The notes beneath the pieces were generated by a model, which was given only the letters and a program-made list of their open reading frames with translations, did not search any database and was not told where the DNA came from. Positions 12,939-28,052 of a stretch of 64,000 nucleotides of DNA are shown here, in pieces. A program made the translations under genes and the position numbers. Within the stretch, counting starts at the first letter, position 1; each line of letters starts with the position of its first letter. The DNA comes from Lytechinus pictus (lineage: Eukaryota): NCBI RefSeq assembly GCF_037042905.1, contig NC_087251.1, positions 19,408,001 to 19,472,000 of the forward strand. Direction: 5' to 3'.

Positions 12939-15847
12939 GTATATCGAGTTATATCCAGATCATCCGTTCTACACCAGACGAAAGGCAATCAACACACTGG
13001 GGTTATAAAGCTCATAAGGCATCTGTATACTTGGCACTATACATGTACATACTTAAATATAGTAAAAAAGAATTGGCTTGATTGCTTTAACTGAACTCAC
13101 TTGATATTTTACTAAAGGATTATTAAGAACTGGCCTATATTCATTTCAGTGTAATATTTGCAGCCTTTATCATCCACAAGTTTACAATGTGTTTGAAAAA
13201 TCACTTTTCAAATTACATATAATTGTTGAAATAGAATGTTATGCATATACATACATATCTTAGTATTAAATTATGATACCCTTTCCATCTTTCTTCACAG
13301 TTCATCACTGGAAAAAGAAACATATAATTTGTGCTATATAAAAAGGGATATTACTCATCATGTTCAGGAAAAAAATGGATTCTAGCAATGATAATTTTAG
13401 TATAATTGTTCAACAAACTTTCAGTATGATTATCACTCTTATATATTACCTTGAACGCTCAGAAAAAAAACATAAATTGGCGTCCACCTTAGCTCTTTGT
13501 TTCTCCACATGTATGTGCATTTAATGTATTGTTTACATTATACTCCGCCTCTTCAATTGTCTTAGATTTCTGGCTAAACTTGATGTGTAATATGATACTA
13601 AGTACTTGTATTCCTTGACTTTCCTCAACCTCTTGTAAAAGGGAAATGAGGTAAATGTATGATAAATATTACTAATCTAAATTGATGCCAATTGTGACAT
13701 TTTAAAAGAAACAATTTGTTTGCCAATACCTGATATTCCTCACACATAATATCAAACATGCTTGTAAATGTAGATGATAATAATATAAATCAGGTTTGAT
13801 CTTAAGCCAATAGATTACACAAATATTAGCAGAAACTTTGACAATTTTCAGACTTTTGTTTAAAGAATAAAATTCATGACCTTTCTTTGCTAAGGCTGCC
13901 ACTTGCAAAGGAATGATATCAAGCATCTATAATCCAAAAGCAAACACCATTTACACACATTAGTGCCAGCATACTAAGAGAATCCTAGAAGTTTGGTAAA
14001 ACTGTTAAATCCCTCAAAGCTTGGAGGTAAAGTCTTATCTGCGGACACCGTCATGATAGAGAGGCAGCAGAATGACGTATCATATGACACCCGTCTGTGG
14101 AGTCCTAGCCAATACTGTATAGCCTAGTGAATCTTAGGGGATCTTCATCAGCTCCTAGACTCAGTGGATGAATCTCCATCAGTATAACTTTGCTTTATAA
14201 TCTTGAGGTTATAAAGAAACCTCATCTCTATCAGCCCAAAAGGGAGGATTATTGAGAGTGAATATGACCTTGGGTTACAGAGCATGTGCCATTTGGGCCT
14301 CCTTGTTTGAATAATTTGTGATGGTTTGTTACCATCAATAAGATCCCCCCTTAAAAAAACCTCTTTTGTCACTTAGCTCGTTAATCAGCAAATATTGCAT
14401 GCAGGTGCTTTGCAAAAGAATCCTACATTGACTCAGGATCGCAAGATGAATCCATGAAATAGCCCATATAATTCTATTTAAGTAAATTTATCTCAAGATT
14501 GTCTGATCTGGATAATTTGCCAGATCAGAAAAAGTGTGATTATTTTATAATTGTGGCTAATAGAGATGTGCTCTTCATAAGCTCTAGTTCTTGACTCAGT
14601 GTGGTGATTTACGTAGGCTGAACCTGACCTTGAAACTCACAAATGTTGCTCGACACACAGGTCCTACTATATATGAATCAGATCCTATGAGTTAAGGAAG
14701 AATTTAAAGGACATGTTGACTTTTAATGACCTTCTTATGATGAAGATGTCACATCACTCTAGGGCACCAGATATAAATGTAAATTTATGCTAATATTAGG
14801 GCGAGTGCACACAACAAGGGAAGGGTGACTTTTATTTATTCTTCAAGAAATTCAACCCTTTATTTTCAAATGCAAATTGAAATATTAATTGAAAGTGTAC
14901 ATCAAGGTTCAATTACATCTATCCCCATTTTAGTAGCAGCACTAGACAAATAAATTAATTCATAACATTAATATTTTATTATAATAGTGATATTCATGCT
15001 GTAATGCAATGCAATTCTTGACACTGCCACCATGGACAATAAAGCTTTTGATTCCACAAGAGTTTGTAATTGTCAGTATAAACTCATAATATACACGTTA
15101 AGTCAAATAATGGTCAAACCATATCAGCATATACAAATACGAACACTGATAGATAAAGTGATAACCAGTTTTTTGGATTTATTTGGGGATATCCCTCAAT
15201 ATTAAAGGTCACCAGACAGACTAGATTAACATATATCTTTCTGCAAATATGCCTGTAAAAATATGACCATACATGAAATTCTATAACTATCTTTAATTGG
15301 AAATCAATCTTTAAGATTATGGATAGGAAAGATAAAAAATTATTAGAAATATGATTGATTCCTAATCTATGAAAAAATTAAGTCTTTAATATAATGTTCT
15401 TATATTTTTCCCTCATTGCAATCCTAATATCATGACATACTAACATTCAAGTTAATTCATTTATCAAAATGAATTTTTGATCAAAACTTTACTTGCATGC
15501 ATTTTAAGCCATGTGGTAGATAATTTTAAAATCATTTAAAGATGTTTTATGAAACTGCAGTAAAACATAGTTGAGAATTTTTTTTTTAAATTCAATAATA
15601 CTACATCTTCACTTAATGAGCATATTATTTCATCTTAATGAGTCACGTTACAGTTAGGTATGAACAAGTACAATGTACCTTTAATTATGCACTTATGACA
15701 CAATTCCTTGCCAAAAAAAGGGACAAGTAATTCTTGATATTAATTTTGCTTTGTTGGGCAAATAGAGTGAAGTGAAGCTACCTAAAAACAGGAAAAACTC
15801 CTTCAATCCTCTTTGCAAAACAGACGCTGGCACAAAGGCAAGCTGAC

Positions 15848-15869
15848 CAGCGGTATCCATGGCCAGCAT
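15848..15869 (-). CDS. Candidate alternative first coding exon (MLAMDTA + 1 nt, phase 1)
   Basis: aaaATG CTG GCC ATG GAT ACC GCT G|gtcagc. ETS-like CACTTCCGTG lies upstream at ~16063 and ~16451. Confidence 0.2.
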
Positions 15870-18800
15870 TTTTCTTTTAAATAAAAACAAGTCAAAACAT
15901 CTCCTTTGTGTTTTGAGTGAATACTGTATAAAACAAATAATTTCCAGAAGAAAACACAATTAACTTTTCAAATATTATGCCAGGAGAAAAACAGAACAGA
16001 GTAACAAATGAGAACATGCAGGATAAGTAGATATCAAGGCACCAGAAGTGGACATGAAGTTCACTTCCGTGCATGAAACATTTTCCCTATACTGGCTTGT
16101 CTATAAACATGTCACTTATACTTTTCCTTACAGTGAGTTTAGTATTTAAAAATATATTGTTACAGAAAACATGCCATGTAAAAAACTTCTTATCTGCTTG
16201 AAATAACCCTATCAGTAATGACTATACAATTCCGTAAAGTTTTGATGCTCTAATGGCATGAAATCAGAAAAGAAACAGGGTATTGAAAGCCTCCAGCCCC
16301 CCCCCCCTCCCTTTTAAATCAATAGGAAATGCTATGTAAAGTAATACCTGTAAGAAAGCATGAATGTTCGGGACCTTTTGAGCTTTACATGTACAGCACT
16401 TTCAAAATGTGACCGTGAACTATTTTTGGAGAGACTAAATGCAGTATAACCACTTCCGTGTTGCCAAAAGTCCCAGCATTTAATGTGATGGCCAACCCAT
16501 TAAAGTGGAAGTATTTTTTGTAAGAGATTAGTTCTGTGATTACAAAGGACTGTACTTTGGACTGTTGACGTTTTCAATGTTGTTACCAATAAAAAAGTCG
16601 CCATTTAATATATATTTATCAATTTTCATTGTAGTATTTTTGCAAATGATAAAAGAGGTTGTAGTAATGATTGGTATTTTAATACCAATTATGTTGAAAG
16701 CAACAACAATAATACTATGAAAATGACGAATGATAACAATGATGCCAACAGCATGATGGTAAAGACAGAGATAAGGAGGATATAGCAACAAAGCTACAAC
16801 AACATATTTACTATGGTAATGATAATAATGGTGATATAGTGCCAGTAACAGTAATCATTACTGCATAGATCCCTTCAAAAATATGATTCCAAAATGAAAA
16901 CAAAACTTGAGTAAAATTAATTATTTGTCTGAACATTCATACTTTTTTTCAAAATATATACTTGTTTTTTTATTCATTCATTAACCTCTTCATTACGTCA
17001 TTTTGTTATTTTGATTTTATACAAGACCACCCGGTTCTAGTAGGCAATGGGTAAATTTATCTATATTAATTGATATATATTGATTTTCTGAATGTTCTCC
17101 AGCCAAAATTCACTGTCTGTTGTCTGTTAAGCCTTTCTGTATCTACAGTGCAAAAAACATCCATGCCAATGTTGACGTTGTAATGGCGCCCCTCTGATGA
17201 AAAAAAGTGCAATTTAGGGGTCTTTTTTTTAATTTGCATTAATTTAGAGACTTGTCTTGACCTTCCGATAATATGAGAAAGGGATGAGTCCATATCACAG
17301 GAAGTTCAACAATTAAACAAAGTGAGCAACACGCCTCATGTCTCTGCTTTACATTGAAGTATAAAATAAATCTTTTATTCACACACACAATTGCTACATG
17401 TGTATCAAAGTAATAAAACTGGCCTATACATGTATATATGTTTATCTTGGTATTGTTTTATGTTTCGTTAAAAAAGTGCATTTTAAACTCTTTTCATACT
17501 GATGTTACAAATTTGGCGATTGCCTTTCAGAAAACTACAAATGCAGAGTATATCCTTAATTCCAGCAAATTCTATGAGAAAAATAAAGTCCTTCCAATTT
17601 TTTTCTGGATCAGAAAAAGATTATGTTAAATTACAAGAATGCATCACTAACCATGCATTTACATGAATGTCACCATATTGGACTCAAACATTCATAAGAT
17701 AGCAATAAACGGGAATAGTAACTGAAACTTTTTAAAGAATTTGGCAAAACTTAGAGGCTTTAAACATAGACCCAGCCTTGTTTGCTAGGCTTGCTTGTCG
17801 TCTCATTTGCTCTGTTTATATGAACTTGGGTGTACATGCTATGCACCCTTTATAGTCCACTTTCAACTGATGTGTGCTACATGTATATCAAATAACAGAT
17901 CAATCTCCCTCAAAAGACAAAGTCAATTACGTTATTATTGCTATAAACTTGAATCAGATAGATAGGCATTGTTCATCTTAAATGGAAATCCAGGTAAATT
18001 TCTTCAAAGGGTTGTTTTGGCATGCGGGGTTGTAGTGTTCTGATCAGCTGCTATGAATCCATGATAAGAAAATATTGATTATCCATTTTCTTTCTATCAA
18101 CAAAAAGGGACAGGGCAACCATTGAAAGCCAGTATATAAATGGCAACAGCAAGAAATCTCCTAATCTTTCCCCTCAAACATTGTTTTTCAATGGAATATC
18201 ATGTAGATATTTTTCTTTATTCCCCAACATATATGTTTCACTAATGACTGAGGAAATGTATCCACTCCAGAATGTCATGTGAACATTTCCAATTCCCAAT
18301 CACACGTATGAATGGCAGATATGTGCTCCATTGTTACATCAATCGTTTTAATGCTCATAAGCACAATGTTTGATATACCCAACCTATATCAAGTAAAAGT
18401 TTTGCAGCTACAAGATACATAATAGTTTGCATATTGTTAAGAACTTTTGATTATTATTGTATTGTGCAGTGAAACAAAATGATTTAATCATGTCACATCT
18501 AGCACAAAATATTGTTTGACTGGCAGAAATAAACTGGGAAGAAAAGAGGTATTAAAGTCCATTGTCCTATTTAGAGATTACAATGAACATGCTACCTCAT
18601 AATAGAATTAACAGGATTACGTTCTTTATTGTGATTTTTTTATATAAAATATTACAAATAAGGCTGATCGGTTTTCAAAACACCATATATATATATGTTT
18701 ATGAGCCCTATGCCTCGAATGAAAAAAATCACAAAGTCCACCCTTCACTTCCATGAGTAGATTATTCTTTCTGCATAAAAATCCCACTATATGCTTACAT

Positions 18801-18960
18801 GTATTGGTCTTCTGGCATCACAATATACAACTCCTACAACGGAAAGAAATGAACTTGATGAACAGTGTCCGCAGCGTGATAATGGTCAGATAATTGTGGC
18901 CAACATAGGAAAACATGCATAGTGAAAGGAACATACATGCATGAGAGGCGACAGACTTAC

Positions 18961-18991
18961 AGAAACATGATGGTGATGTTTCCTTGGCCAT
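18961..18991 (-). CDS. Candidate alternative first coding exon (MAKETSPSCF + 1 nt, phase 1)
   Basis: Donor TCT|gtaagt with consensus intronic part; upstream CpG-retaining, CT-rich leader 19000-19400. An out-of-frame ATG at 19002 would instead give MVFGWPRKHHHHVS (phase 0). Confidence 0.35.
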
Positions 18992-21900
18992 CCAAACACC
19001 ATAAAGTCAGTATAGGCCTACTTCAAGATCAAACACACAAAAACACGGCAAGAAAAGAACAAAATGCTTCGAAATAAATCGCCCAGTAGATGGGACAGAT
19101 AGAGTTTGTATAACATCCACGTTGTTTTGACCAGTGAGTGAGGTAGCTCCATCATCTGGCCAAGCAGATGAAAAGAGAGAGAGAGAAAAAGAAAAGGGAG
19201 AATGGATGTAGGTCGAAAAGAGGCAGGGTCGAGAGAGCCTGCAGCAGACACTGCCATGGTCATTTTTGAGCCATGAATATAATTTCCAAGTGCGAGCTAT
19301 AGCCATTCATCATGCAATCAGTATACATGTATGGATACAAATCTTTCTTTCTAAGTCATGCCCCCCCCCCCTCTCTTTCTGTCTCCATCTCTCACACACT
19401 CATTCACACAATGCCTGCTTCACCACTTTTATTTATCTATAGGCCTTTATGGTCAAAAGTAGGTTGCCGAAGGTCAGCCAATGACCTACATGGTATAAGG
19501 ACCGCATCATGGGAGTTTTGAATAGATAACAGGATGAGGAGGAAAAGTCCATTAATGCATGGACCCATGATTAAAGCATGCTATGGAGAGGAAAAGGACA
19601 GAGGCATTAGTTCATTTTTCTTATAAATATCATTCAAGAGGCTTAAGTACTTTTACAATTTTTCTCTTAAATATGAGTCAACTGTGAGGATAATTATGAA
19701 GAAAAAAAAGAGTTATGATACCACACAAGCATGGTGGCTACATGTTAGGGACTGTGTGCATGTGCATTTAAGCAGCACAGATCAAATATTGAGTATAATA
19801 CTCAAAATTAATTTCACAGAGGACAAAATCTCCACTCCTGATTTTTATTTCTAAAATGCAATATGAAAAAGACTTCAAGCATGAAAATTGCTTTGTTTAT
19901 GTAAAATACATATGAGCAACCATGCAGTCAAGGAGGGTAGTTTGTGAAAAGGGGAAACAATTTGAAATTGGTCTCACAGCCACACCTTGTATGTACCCTA
20001 AAGGCAGTACATAACTTTTCTTCTTGTAGAAATCAAAGTCTATTTCACAGCTCAGCAATGTTTTCATGGTATAAATTGTAAACAGTTCAGGTCAGACAAG
20101 AGACAACAAAACTTTCAATTCCAAGTGGTCATTCATAAATCAAGAAATCCACAGAAATTGATTTCTCAGTAGCATATACCATTATACCATTTATAGTTTT
20201 CCAGTAGACAGTCTCCAGTGTCACTGCCGCTGCTCTCAGGTAGTCGGTGAACCTCAATCATCTGCTGCTTTTTTCAGATAATTACTTCATTTTGTCCAAA
20301 ACTTCATAGATTGTGCACACTACAAAGAGATAAGGCATGTCTCCCATACCATTTTAGGTAAATAAAATCTTAATGAAAAGAATTTATCATTAAGTTACTT
20401 TTTCCTTTGACTGTTTATTGAAATTCCTTAGTTAGGTGAGTGAAAGAATGAAGAAGAAATATAGCCAAAACACATTGGACACACGATCAAATTTGCTTCA
20501 ATATCACTTGGATAGAACCAGAAGGGTGGATATTTTCATGGCCAGATATCAAAACTGACAGGATTGTTTCACATCAGAGAGGTTGTCCAACTTCAAGATA
20601 TCCCTATTATCTATCCTCCATGAATAAAAGCGTAAAAATGAAATGAAGACAAAAAAGAAGAAAGCCAAATAACAATCCCTGCTGGATGTATTATGGTCTG
20701 CAGAATTAGACTAGTATGATAAGGAATGTTTACAGTCTCTATTACACAACATAGCCTTGGTTCTCAGCACAAGCCCATTGCCAGCAAACATCCAACCAGG
20801 GACTAAGAATAGCAGGTATGTCAACACAGCACTGACTGGACCCTGGCCTTGTATTACCCCTAGAGCTCCAGGTCTCTTGTTAGCTCTCAAGGACCCATGG
20901 TCACTTTATACTGACCAGTCAGCCTTCATCTTGCAACACTCCCAGGCCATTGCAATCATGGAGAAACTAGGGCACTTGGCAGGAGAGTTGAATTACTGGT
21001 CATCCATTATTACAGATGTATGCAAATGTCCAGCTGTGCAAGTCCTGATAGAGGTCACTTCAGGCAACCTACATGTACTACCAGCATGCTGACCAATCAG
21101 TAGTCTTTGCAAACCAGACACCTCTCAGATTCCAGCAATCGACACAATAACAAAGTATGAAAAATTAGACTAAATAAATAAAAGAATGTCTTTTAATATA
21201 TACTCTTCCTTTTTTCAATGATCCATTGTTGTAAACTCCAGATATTGGTCAGAGCTACCTGACCAAGTAAATTTTGTTACCCATCTAATATTCAACAGAG
21301 AATCATTACCAAGACTACGGCCCAGAGAACACAATTTCCTCAATTTTCATAATGCATTCATTTGATTATGCCTGCAAGGACACTGTGGTCAGTTTCCCTA
21401 CTGTCCACCACTCAAATTATTCCCTTGTGAGCAAATCAGATGGCTAAAACTGGGGCAATTCTGATAGGTCAATAATATTGGCCAGTTCTTAATCGCTGGC
21501 TGTGTGTAGTGTGTGTGTAGCCTGGTGAGGACTGATTCAGGGGAGGAAGTAGAGTGGTCAGTTGCTAGTCTTGAAATACAAACCCAATTTAGAAGGAATG
21601 GTGCAAATCTTGACATGAGGGATGTTTTTTCTGAAGATGTGATTACTTAGCTTGAACATAAATGAATAATGTTTCAAGGTATATTCTTAAAAGAGAAACA
21701 ATTTTTTTTTAATTGTCAAGAAGACCAAGAAAAAAAGTCAACACTTTATTTTTTAAAAATGCAACTTTCACAACATTCATGTAACTTTTTTTTGTGAAGT
21801 ATACACTGCAAGCAGGAACCTCGAGCAGTAGCCGAATCATGTACTAAACTCAGATTAACAATTAATTCACAACTCCTTCATGGTGAATAGCATTGTGTGG

Positions 21901-24200
21901 AACATGATATCTAGATAAGTGTTATATAATATAAGTGTGAATGCATGGAGGCATCTTTGCAATTCCCCCCCAAAAAATTATGTATTTCAACTGTTGATGT
22001 TGTGACTAGTCACGTGTAATTATGCGATTCTTAAAAAAAATTTTAAATGGGGTCTGAATTCATAGACTTCTGAGTCTAGTTGTGTTTTGTTGTCCTCATA
22101 AGGTCACCAGTCCTACTTCCCATTGCCTAATTGTACAGTGTACATGCAGTACACACACAATACATTCTGCTGCACACTGACCATATAGCCTGTAGGGATG
22201 ACCAGTGGACAATGACCATACAGTATTTTCCCAGTGCATTCACTTCACACACACACACTTACATACACACATATTATGACCATTAACAGTAATCCCTTTG
22301 AGGCAGTTACATGTAAATTATGTGTAGGGTTGCTGTCAAACTGGAATGAATCACTGCCCAGCGAAATGGCCTTCAACAATAGGGCCAAATGACCATGTCA
22401 ATTGTAATGGTCAAGTGTGTGTGATCCACTTAAATTCAAGGCTGAATGGGTTGGGCTTCCAGAGTGCAGGGAGTGGCCTACATTCTCTCTGCTCAGGAGT
22501 GTGGCAGTTGTAAACAGAGAATTGGGTGGGTATTTTTTTTATTGGTGACTTTTTATTATTTTTTTCACAACCGGACTCCCCATTCCTCCCTTCACCTCTG
22601 CTTTGTGTGTGGGTTTGTGTACGTGTGTGTCTCTCATGTTAATAAATAGTAATTATCATAATTTAAGTAAAGATGACAGTAATTATCACTACCATTATTC
22701 ATCATTTCTCAATAACAGCAATGATATTGCTTGATTATCATTATCGTCTTAATCATTATTAATCACAATATACATAGTTGTCATTATAATTATTATTCTC
22801 ATTAGCATAATTGTTGTTATTATAAGGCCTGGGAAAGTTATGGGGAATCGCAATTCACATCATTACTTTTCCTTCAAAACAAGTATACACAACATTTTCT
22901 TATGCAAAATATCAAGTTCTATAGAGTCAATAAATGAATCTTGACTAATAACAATAGTAATCCCACTCCCTGAAGATGATCTAACATTTGATCTAATGGA
23001 CATTACCCAAATAAACAACCTTGGCATGGGAAAAAACATACGGTGAAAAAAAAAAATCATATTCACGTCAAGACAAAAAATATGCTCTGCGTTAAAATTA
23101 TGAATCATCTGAATGGTAATTTTTTCATGTTCATATGTTAAGCCATGATAAGCCTATATTGCACTTCAATCATACAGGCAGATAATTTATGGCATACATT
23201 ATTGTACAATGTAATGTTTCAGAGGAAACCTGTAACAATACGGTGCATTACAGCCTTTACAGGTCTCCACGTATACTGTAACCACAGTCTAAACAGTATA
23301 GATCCTAGAGGCATTATAGATATCAATAGTCAGTAGGTTAATATGTTGAACAAGTATTGTATGGTAGACACGCAGCTGGAATTGATTTTAAACCTATAAA
23401 AAAATAAAAAAAATAAAAGTGAATACCTTTAATATTCAATGGTACATGTATAGTTGAATTTATATTCATCTGACTGCAAATCATACAAACATAGTGGCCG
23501 GGAAAAGAGGGTCCAGCTACTTTAAAAATTAAGGGTTTGTATTAGAGCTGTCCCGAATATTATGCCCCAAAAATATATATACATATATATATATAAATGT
23601 GTTTCTTTTTTATATTTGAAAGCTTCTGGACCCATTTCTTCTTGTGTGTGGCAGAGACTCTTTGCATATAGAGCCAAAATGTAAAATGAAGATCAAGGGT
23701 TGGTTACACATGAGACTTCTCTGGTCACAATATTGACCTTACATTTTGCCCCCCCCCCCAAAAAAAGTGAATTAGCATCAGTCAAATTTGAATTGAAAAT
23801 AAATTTTGAATTTACAAATGGCAGTTTTTTCTTGGGCTGTCGGTACAGCAAACATAACCCCCTCCCTATAATTATAAAGGCCAACTAATGATCCTTAAAA
23901 GGGGTTTTCCCTGACAATTCCCTCTCCGCATATGAAAATTAATTCTTTGTTTCCACAGTTTGTCCATTTTGTGCTATTTATGCTGGTAAATAGTTCACTA
24001 ATTTATATTCATATATTCTTTTAATACCCATTTATCCGAACTTGTGATCATTCTGCACAATGTACATCTCTGTGGTCCTTCCTTTTCATTTCACACAAGG
24101 CAGATATGTTCATAGAGATTTGTGATCTAGTCCTGCAACCTAGGTTTGAAAAAAGTCCTGAGGCAAATCAACATTTTTCTGGGGTGGACTTGACCTTTAA

Positions 24201-24249
24201 TATTACCTGATTGCTAAGCTACTTATGACAGCTTAACAATCAGGTAATA
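24201..24249. repeat. 20-bp-stem hairpin with 9-nt loop
   Basis: TATTACCTGATTGCTAAGCT-acttatgac-AGCTTAACAATCAGGTAATA. 19/20 pairs; the mismatch is a G:U pair on the minus strand. Confidence 0.9.
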
Positions 24250-26224
24250 GAACCAATGATGATTAAAAAATAAATGCTTTCTCTTACACAGCTATTTTCC
24301 TTGAAGACATGTGTACCTTTCCATCTCAAGTCCACAGAGGTAATCAACCAGTATGTACAAAGTCTATGAGAATCATGGAATACATCAGTCAACAGGTTAA
24401 GTAGATTCTTGGATTCTCACCTCAGTCACCTGGATTTCATCCAGGCTTTATAGAATTTTCCAAGTGCAAGAAAGTTCAATGATTGCTCCCAGAAAAAAAA
24501 AAAAAAAGATACAGAAGACTTCCTCCTCATAGATTCTTCTTTCCAATTTGGTATTGACCATATCCAGTTCATATAATACCATTATCAAGCTAAGAATGCT
24601 TAATATAAATTACCAGACAGACTTTTCAAAACGGACAGAGTATTTGACGCAGAGTGACTCAATACAAACCCCCTTTCTCTTAACTCTCATCCTTTTTAGT
24701 CACTGTTGTGACAAATGACGCTTGCTCATTCTCAAAATGAAGGTACGTACTGACTAGATTTGAATGACAACAGATTAAGTAACTGACTTGAATATAATCT
24801 TGGGTTAATCTCCAATTTCACTTGATGTGTATGGTCTTAGTAGAATGTCTTCCCACTTGAGAAAGGATCAATGATTCACTGAATGATGCACACCACGATG
24901 GACTACTGCAAAACTTTCTCTTTAATACACACTTCTTCTACTGTTTATTGATCAGAAGTGACATTCAAGTGATTTGGATTGTTTCCCCTCTACAACATTG
25001 CTATTTAACTTAAAATTAGTGCAATTTTTTTTATCCTCGCTTTTCCACAAAATATGATATTGTTATTACCATTCCAGTGAATTTAACCAGGATTTTGATT
25101 TATCAGCCACAATATGCTAAACCATCACACATTTTGAGGACACCATATTATTACTTACATTTGCTGGTACTGAACATTTCATGTGTATGTACAAAAAAGT
25201 TCTCAATTTTGCTTTTTCGGAGTATTAATTACACTTGCCCACTAAATGGTGACCAACCTTTGCCAAAAGAATTCCTTCTAAGGTATGGATATGCATATGC
25301 ATGATATTCATGATTTTAAAGTAATGGTATTGATACCAAAATATCAATATGAAGCAACAGAGATGTGATTATCACAATAGCCAAGTTGAAAACGGCTTGA
25401 CAAGTAAACTTGTCACTTTATGGATACCGGAAAAGACAGATTAGTTGCCATGTCCTAAAAAGTTGTAAAAAGTCATTCCCATTGCCAAACTATGTCATCG
25501 ATGAGCTCTCCTTGCAGCATGAGGAGTAAATTGATTGTATGGGGAGCTGCCTATCAGAAGGGGGTTTGTTCACCTTCTGCACGAAGATGTGATGGTTTCT
25601 CAAAGCAGTGGGTAAAGGACCCTTTATTAAGAGTGATTCACAGGATAATTGGAACAAATGGTGCTGTGGTCAAGTTCTATGTCACAATCAATGTCTTCAC
25701 TCAAAGGGATCTTGATGCTCACTCAAGTAGTGCTTCATGATTCACAAACACACAAAAAAACATCTCAGGAACATGTATCCATTGATGCAATTGGCCCAAA
25801 ATTCATCAGTGATTTTAAAAACTGGAATAAACTTCTTTTTTTTTTACATCAAGTTTTTTGCATATTCTGAAAGCCTGTAAATAACTTCATTTGACCTACC
25901 AAATTTCAGATCAATATTCTTATTATTTAAAGAATAAGAGAAATTTGTGCATATCATAAAAGTGTAGAATGCTTTATACTTTATGCTTTAAATCTCAGCG
26001 TGAAATACGAAGTCCTCAGAAAATCATCAAAACTTTAAATACGAATATCTCAAAATCATGTTTTGCAGACCAACCTAGGTTACAGCCAGGTTGTAAAATC
26101 GCTGACAAAGTATTTTCTGAAAAATTCTTAAGCAATTACAGCAAGCAGGCCAAAACTAAAGTTTGACATGGACAATACTGCAATAAATGTGGAAGGAAAT
26201 TTGTGTTGATGTAACTTCCTATGT

Positions 26225-26388
26225 GGAGCGTTGTGGCCCAGTGGATTAGTCTCCGGACTTTGAAACAGAGGGTCATGGGTTCGAATCCCAGCCATGGTGT
26301 AATTTCCTTCAGCAAGAAACTGATCCACAATGTGCCGCACCCAACCCAGGTGAGGTAAATGGGTACCGGTAGGAAGTTATTCCTCAAG
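26225..26388 (+). mobile_element. tRNA-derived SINE (Gln-like head, Deu-like core), 3'-truncated
   Basis: A box TGGCCCAGTGG, GGACTTTGAA anticodon-like loop, B box GGTTCGAATCC, then TCCTTCAGCAAG...AACCCAGGTGAGGTAAATGGGTACC. Confidence 0.85.
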
Positions 26389-27852
26389 ATTTTTTTTCAT
26401 TTTTGTAAACAATGAAGGTTTTCAGCCCCTTGCCTAAATAAGTAAGCAGTAACCCAGTAGCAACTTTAGCATTTTAAATAAGGGAAATACATCTTGACTC
26501 CGAGCAAGAATAACATTGAAATTAATCCTAATAATATGTTGTAACTGTTCAAAGAGGGATCCTTTTTAATACTTGAAAGAATAAAAAGATCAATTCATCA
26601 ATAGTAAACTACTCATCTTTTCTAATGGATTTATCAAAATCTTAAAAGAGTATAAAAGAAATAACCAATATTCTGGTATATCTTAACCAATAAACTGGTA
26701 ATGATGACCATAAAGTACACCAATACAGTGGTTAATTTGACAAAATATATTTTTAAAGAGTGATGGGATTGGTGGAGCTGTTTCGAAAACATATTTTGAT
26801 GAGCACACATAGGTCTGCTTAATACAAGTCACTTTCTGCCAATGGAGAGTGGATGGAGAGCTTTTTAAGTTGCATTTATTGAAATCCTTCTGTTATCATC
26901 AATAATCTATTCTGCCATATACTTCTTAATAGAGTTTGAGAAAAATGTGACAACTATTACTTGAATCAAATAACGACATGGACTTTGAAAGGAACAACAA
27001 AATATCTTTTTTCGTTGTCTGTCCACTTTAATTTGTAAGTATATGATGTCAAAAGGTAAAAGTAATCAAATAAAAAGCTTACTCCTTCCAATGTAAGTAC
27101 ATTGTCTACAGATGAAATTTATAGTTATGAATGTACATGTAAGACCATAACTGGGTATCAATCATTCATTTGAAACGATGCCAAGCAAAGTTGTAAATTT
27201 GTAGACAACATAAAAGATGAAGTGTTGAGACTGGTATTTTTTCCTTTACTTTCTCCAAACTCTTAAATTTTCAAATGTCTCTTCTTCAGACTCCATCACA
27301 CTGTCTCGTTATCAAATGTACTGTCTGTCTCTAAATGGTACCTTTTTATTTCTTTATCTATGTGGAAGAAGTAAAGAAGAAAAACAGCAACGATCTGCAA
27401 AATTGTATAATTTTATATAATTGAATATCACTAAATTAATGTCAGACTCCAAATACAAATACTTCACATCATCTGAGGATTTTTTTATTTCGACTACCAG
27501 ACTGATATTATTACCCTTTCAAATATTGGCACCGATGTTTTCCAGTAGGTCAGGGATTTGTTTCTAGTATATAGCAAATAAATTGTGGGGTTTCTTGATA
27601 AAAATATGAACAAATCCCAGTGACATAAAAATGTTAATGGAAAAAATAAAAATTAATCATCCACTCTGACTGTTAAATCAACCATTTTGCTTTATAGCGA
27701 ACAGTGATGGGAACTTAACAGCTTCAATTCACTTTTTTAAGAAAAAGAACTTTTTTTTACTATCACTTGTTACAGAATGATTAATATAACTGCACCATTT
27801 GCATAAATGCAAGTAATACGAACAACAAACATGAACACACATACACACTATG

Positions 27853-28052
27853 GGGCAATTCCATAAAATATGTACGTCCGACCCCCTATATGTGGGGACT
27901 TCATAAAATTTTCTGTCTCTGATTTCTTGTTCGTTTGACAGTCAGTAATGTTCTCAAGGGTCCATGACTTGGTCAGTTTGTAAAGTGAAGTAAGACTTGA
28001 GAAAAATGGGGGTTGGACGTATAAAAAGGTTGATTATTTTATGGAATTGCCC
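27853..28052. mobile_element. Sola2-like MITE
   Basis: Perfect 18-bp TIR GGGCAATTCCATAAAATA / TATTTTATGGAATTGCCC, second inverted block TACGTCC.ACCCC, and 4-bp TSD TATG. GRG terminus plus 4-bp TSD fits Sola2. Confidence 0.85.

Noticed and set aside
20757..21092. 111-aa plus-strand ORF
   Set aside because: No ATG start, no recognisable domain, no splice context
26225..26296. tRNA-Gln gene
   Set aside because: Acceptor stem does not close, and the sequence continues into a SINE body with a second copy at ~30 kb
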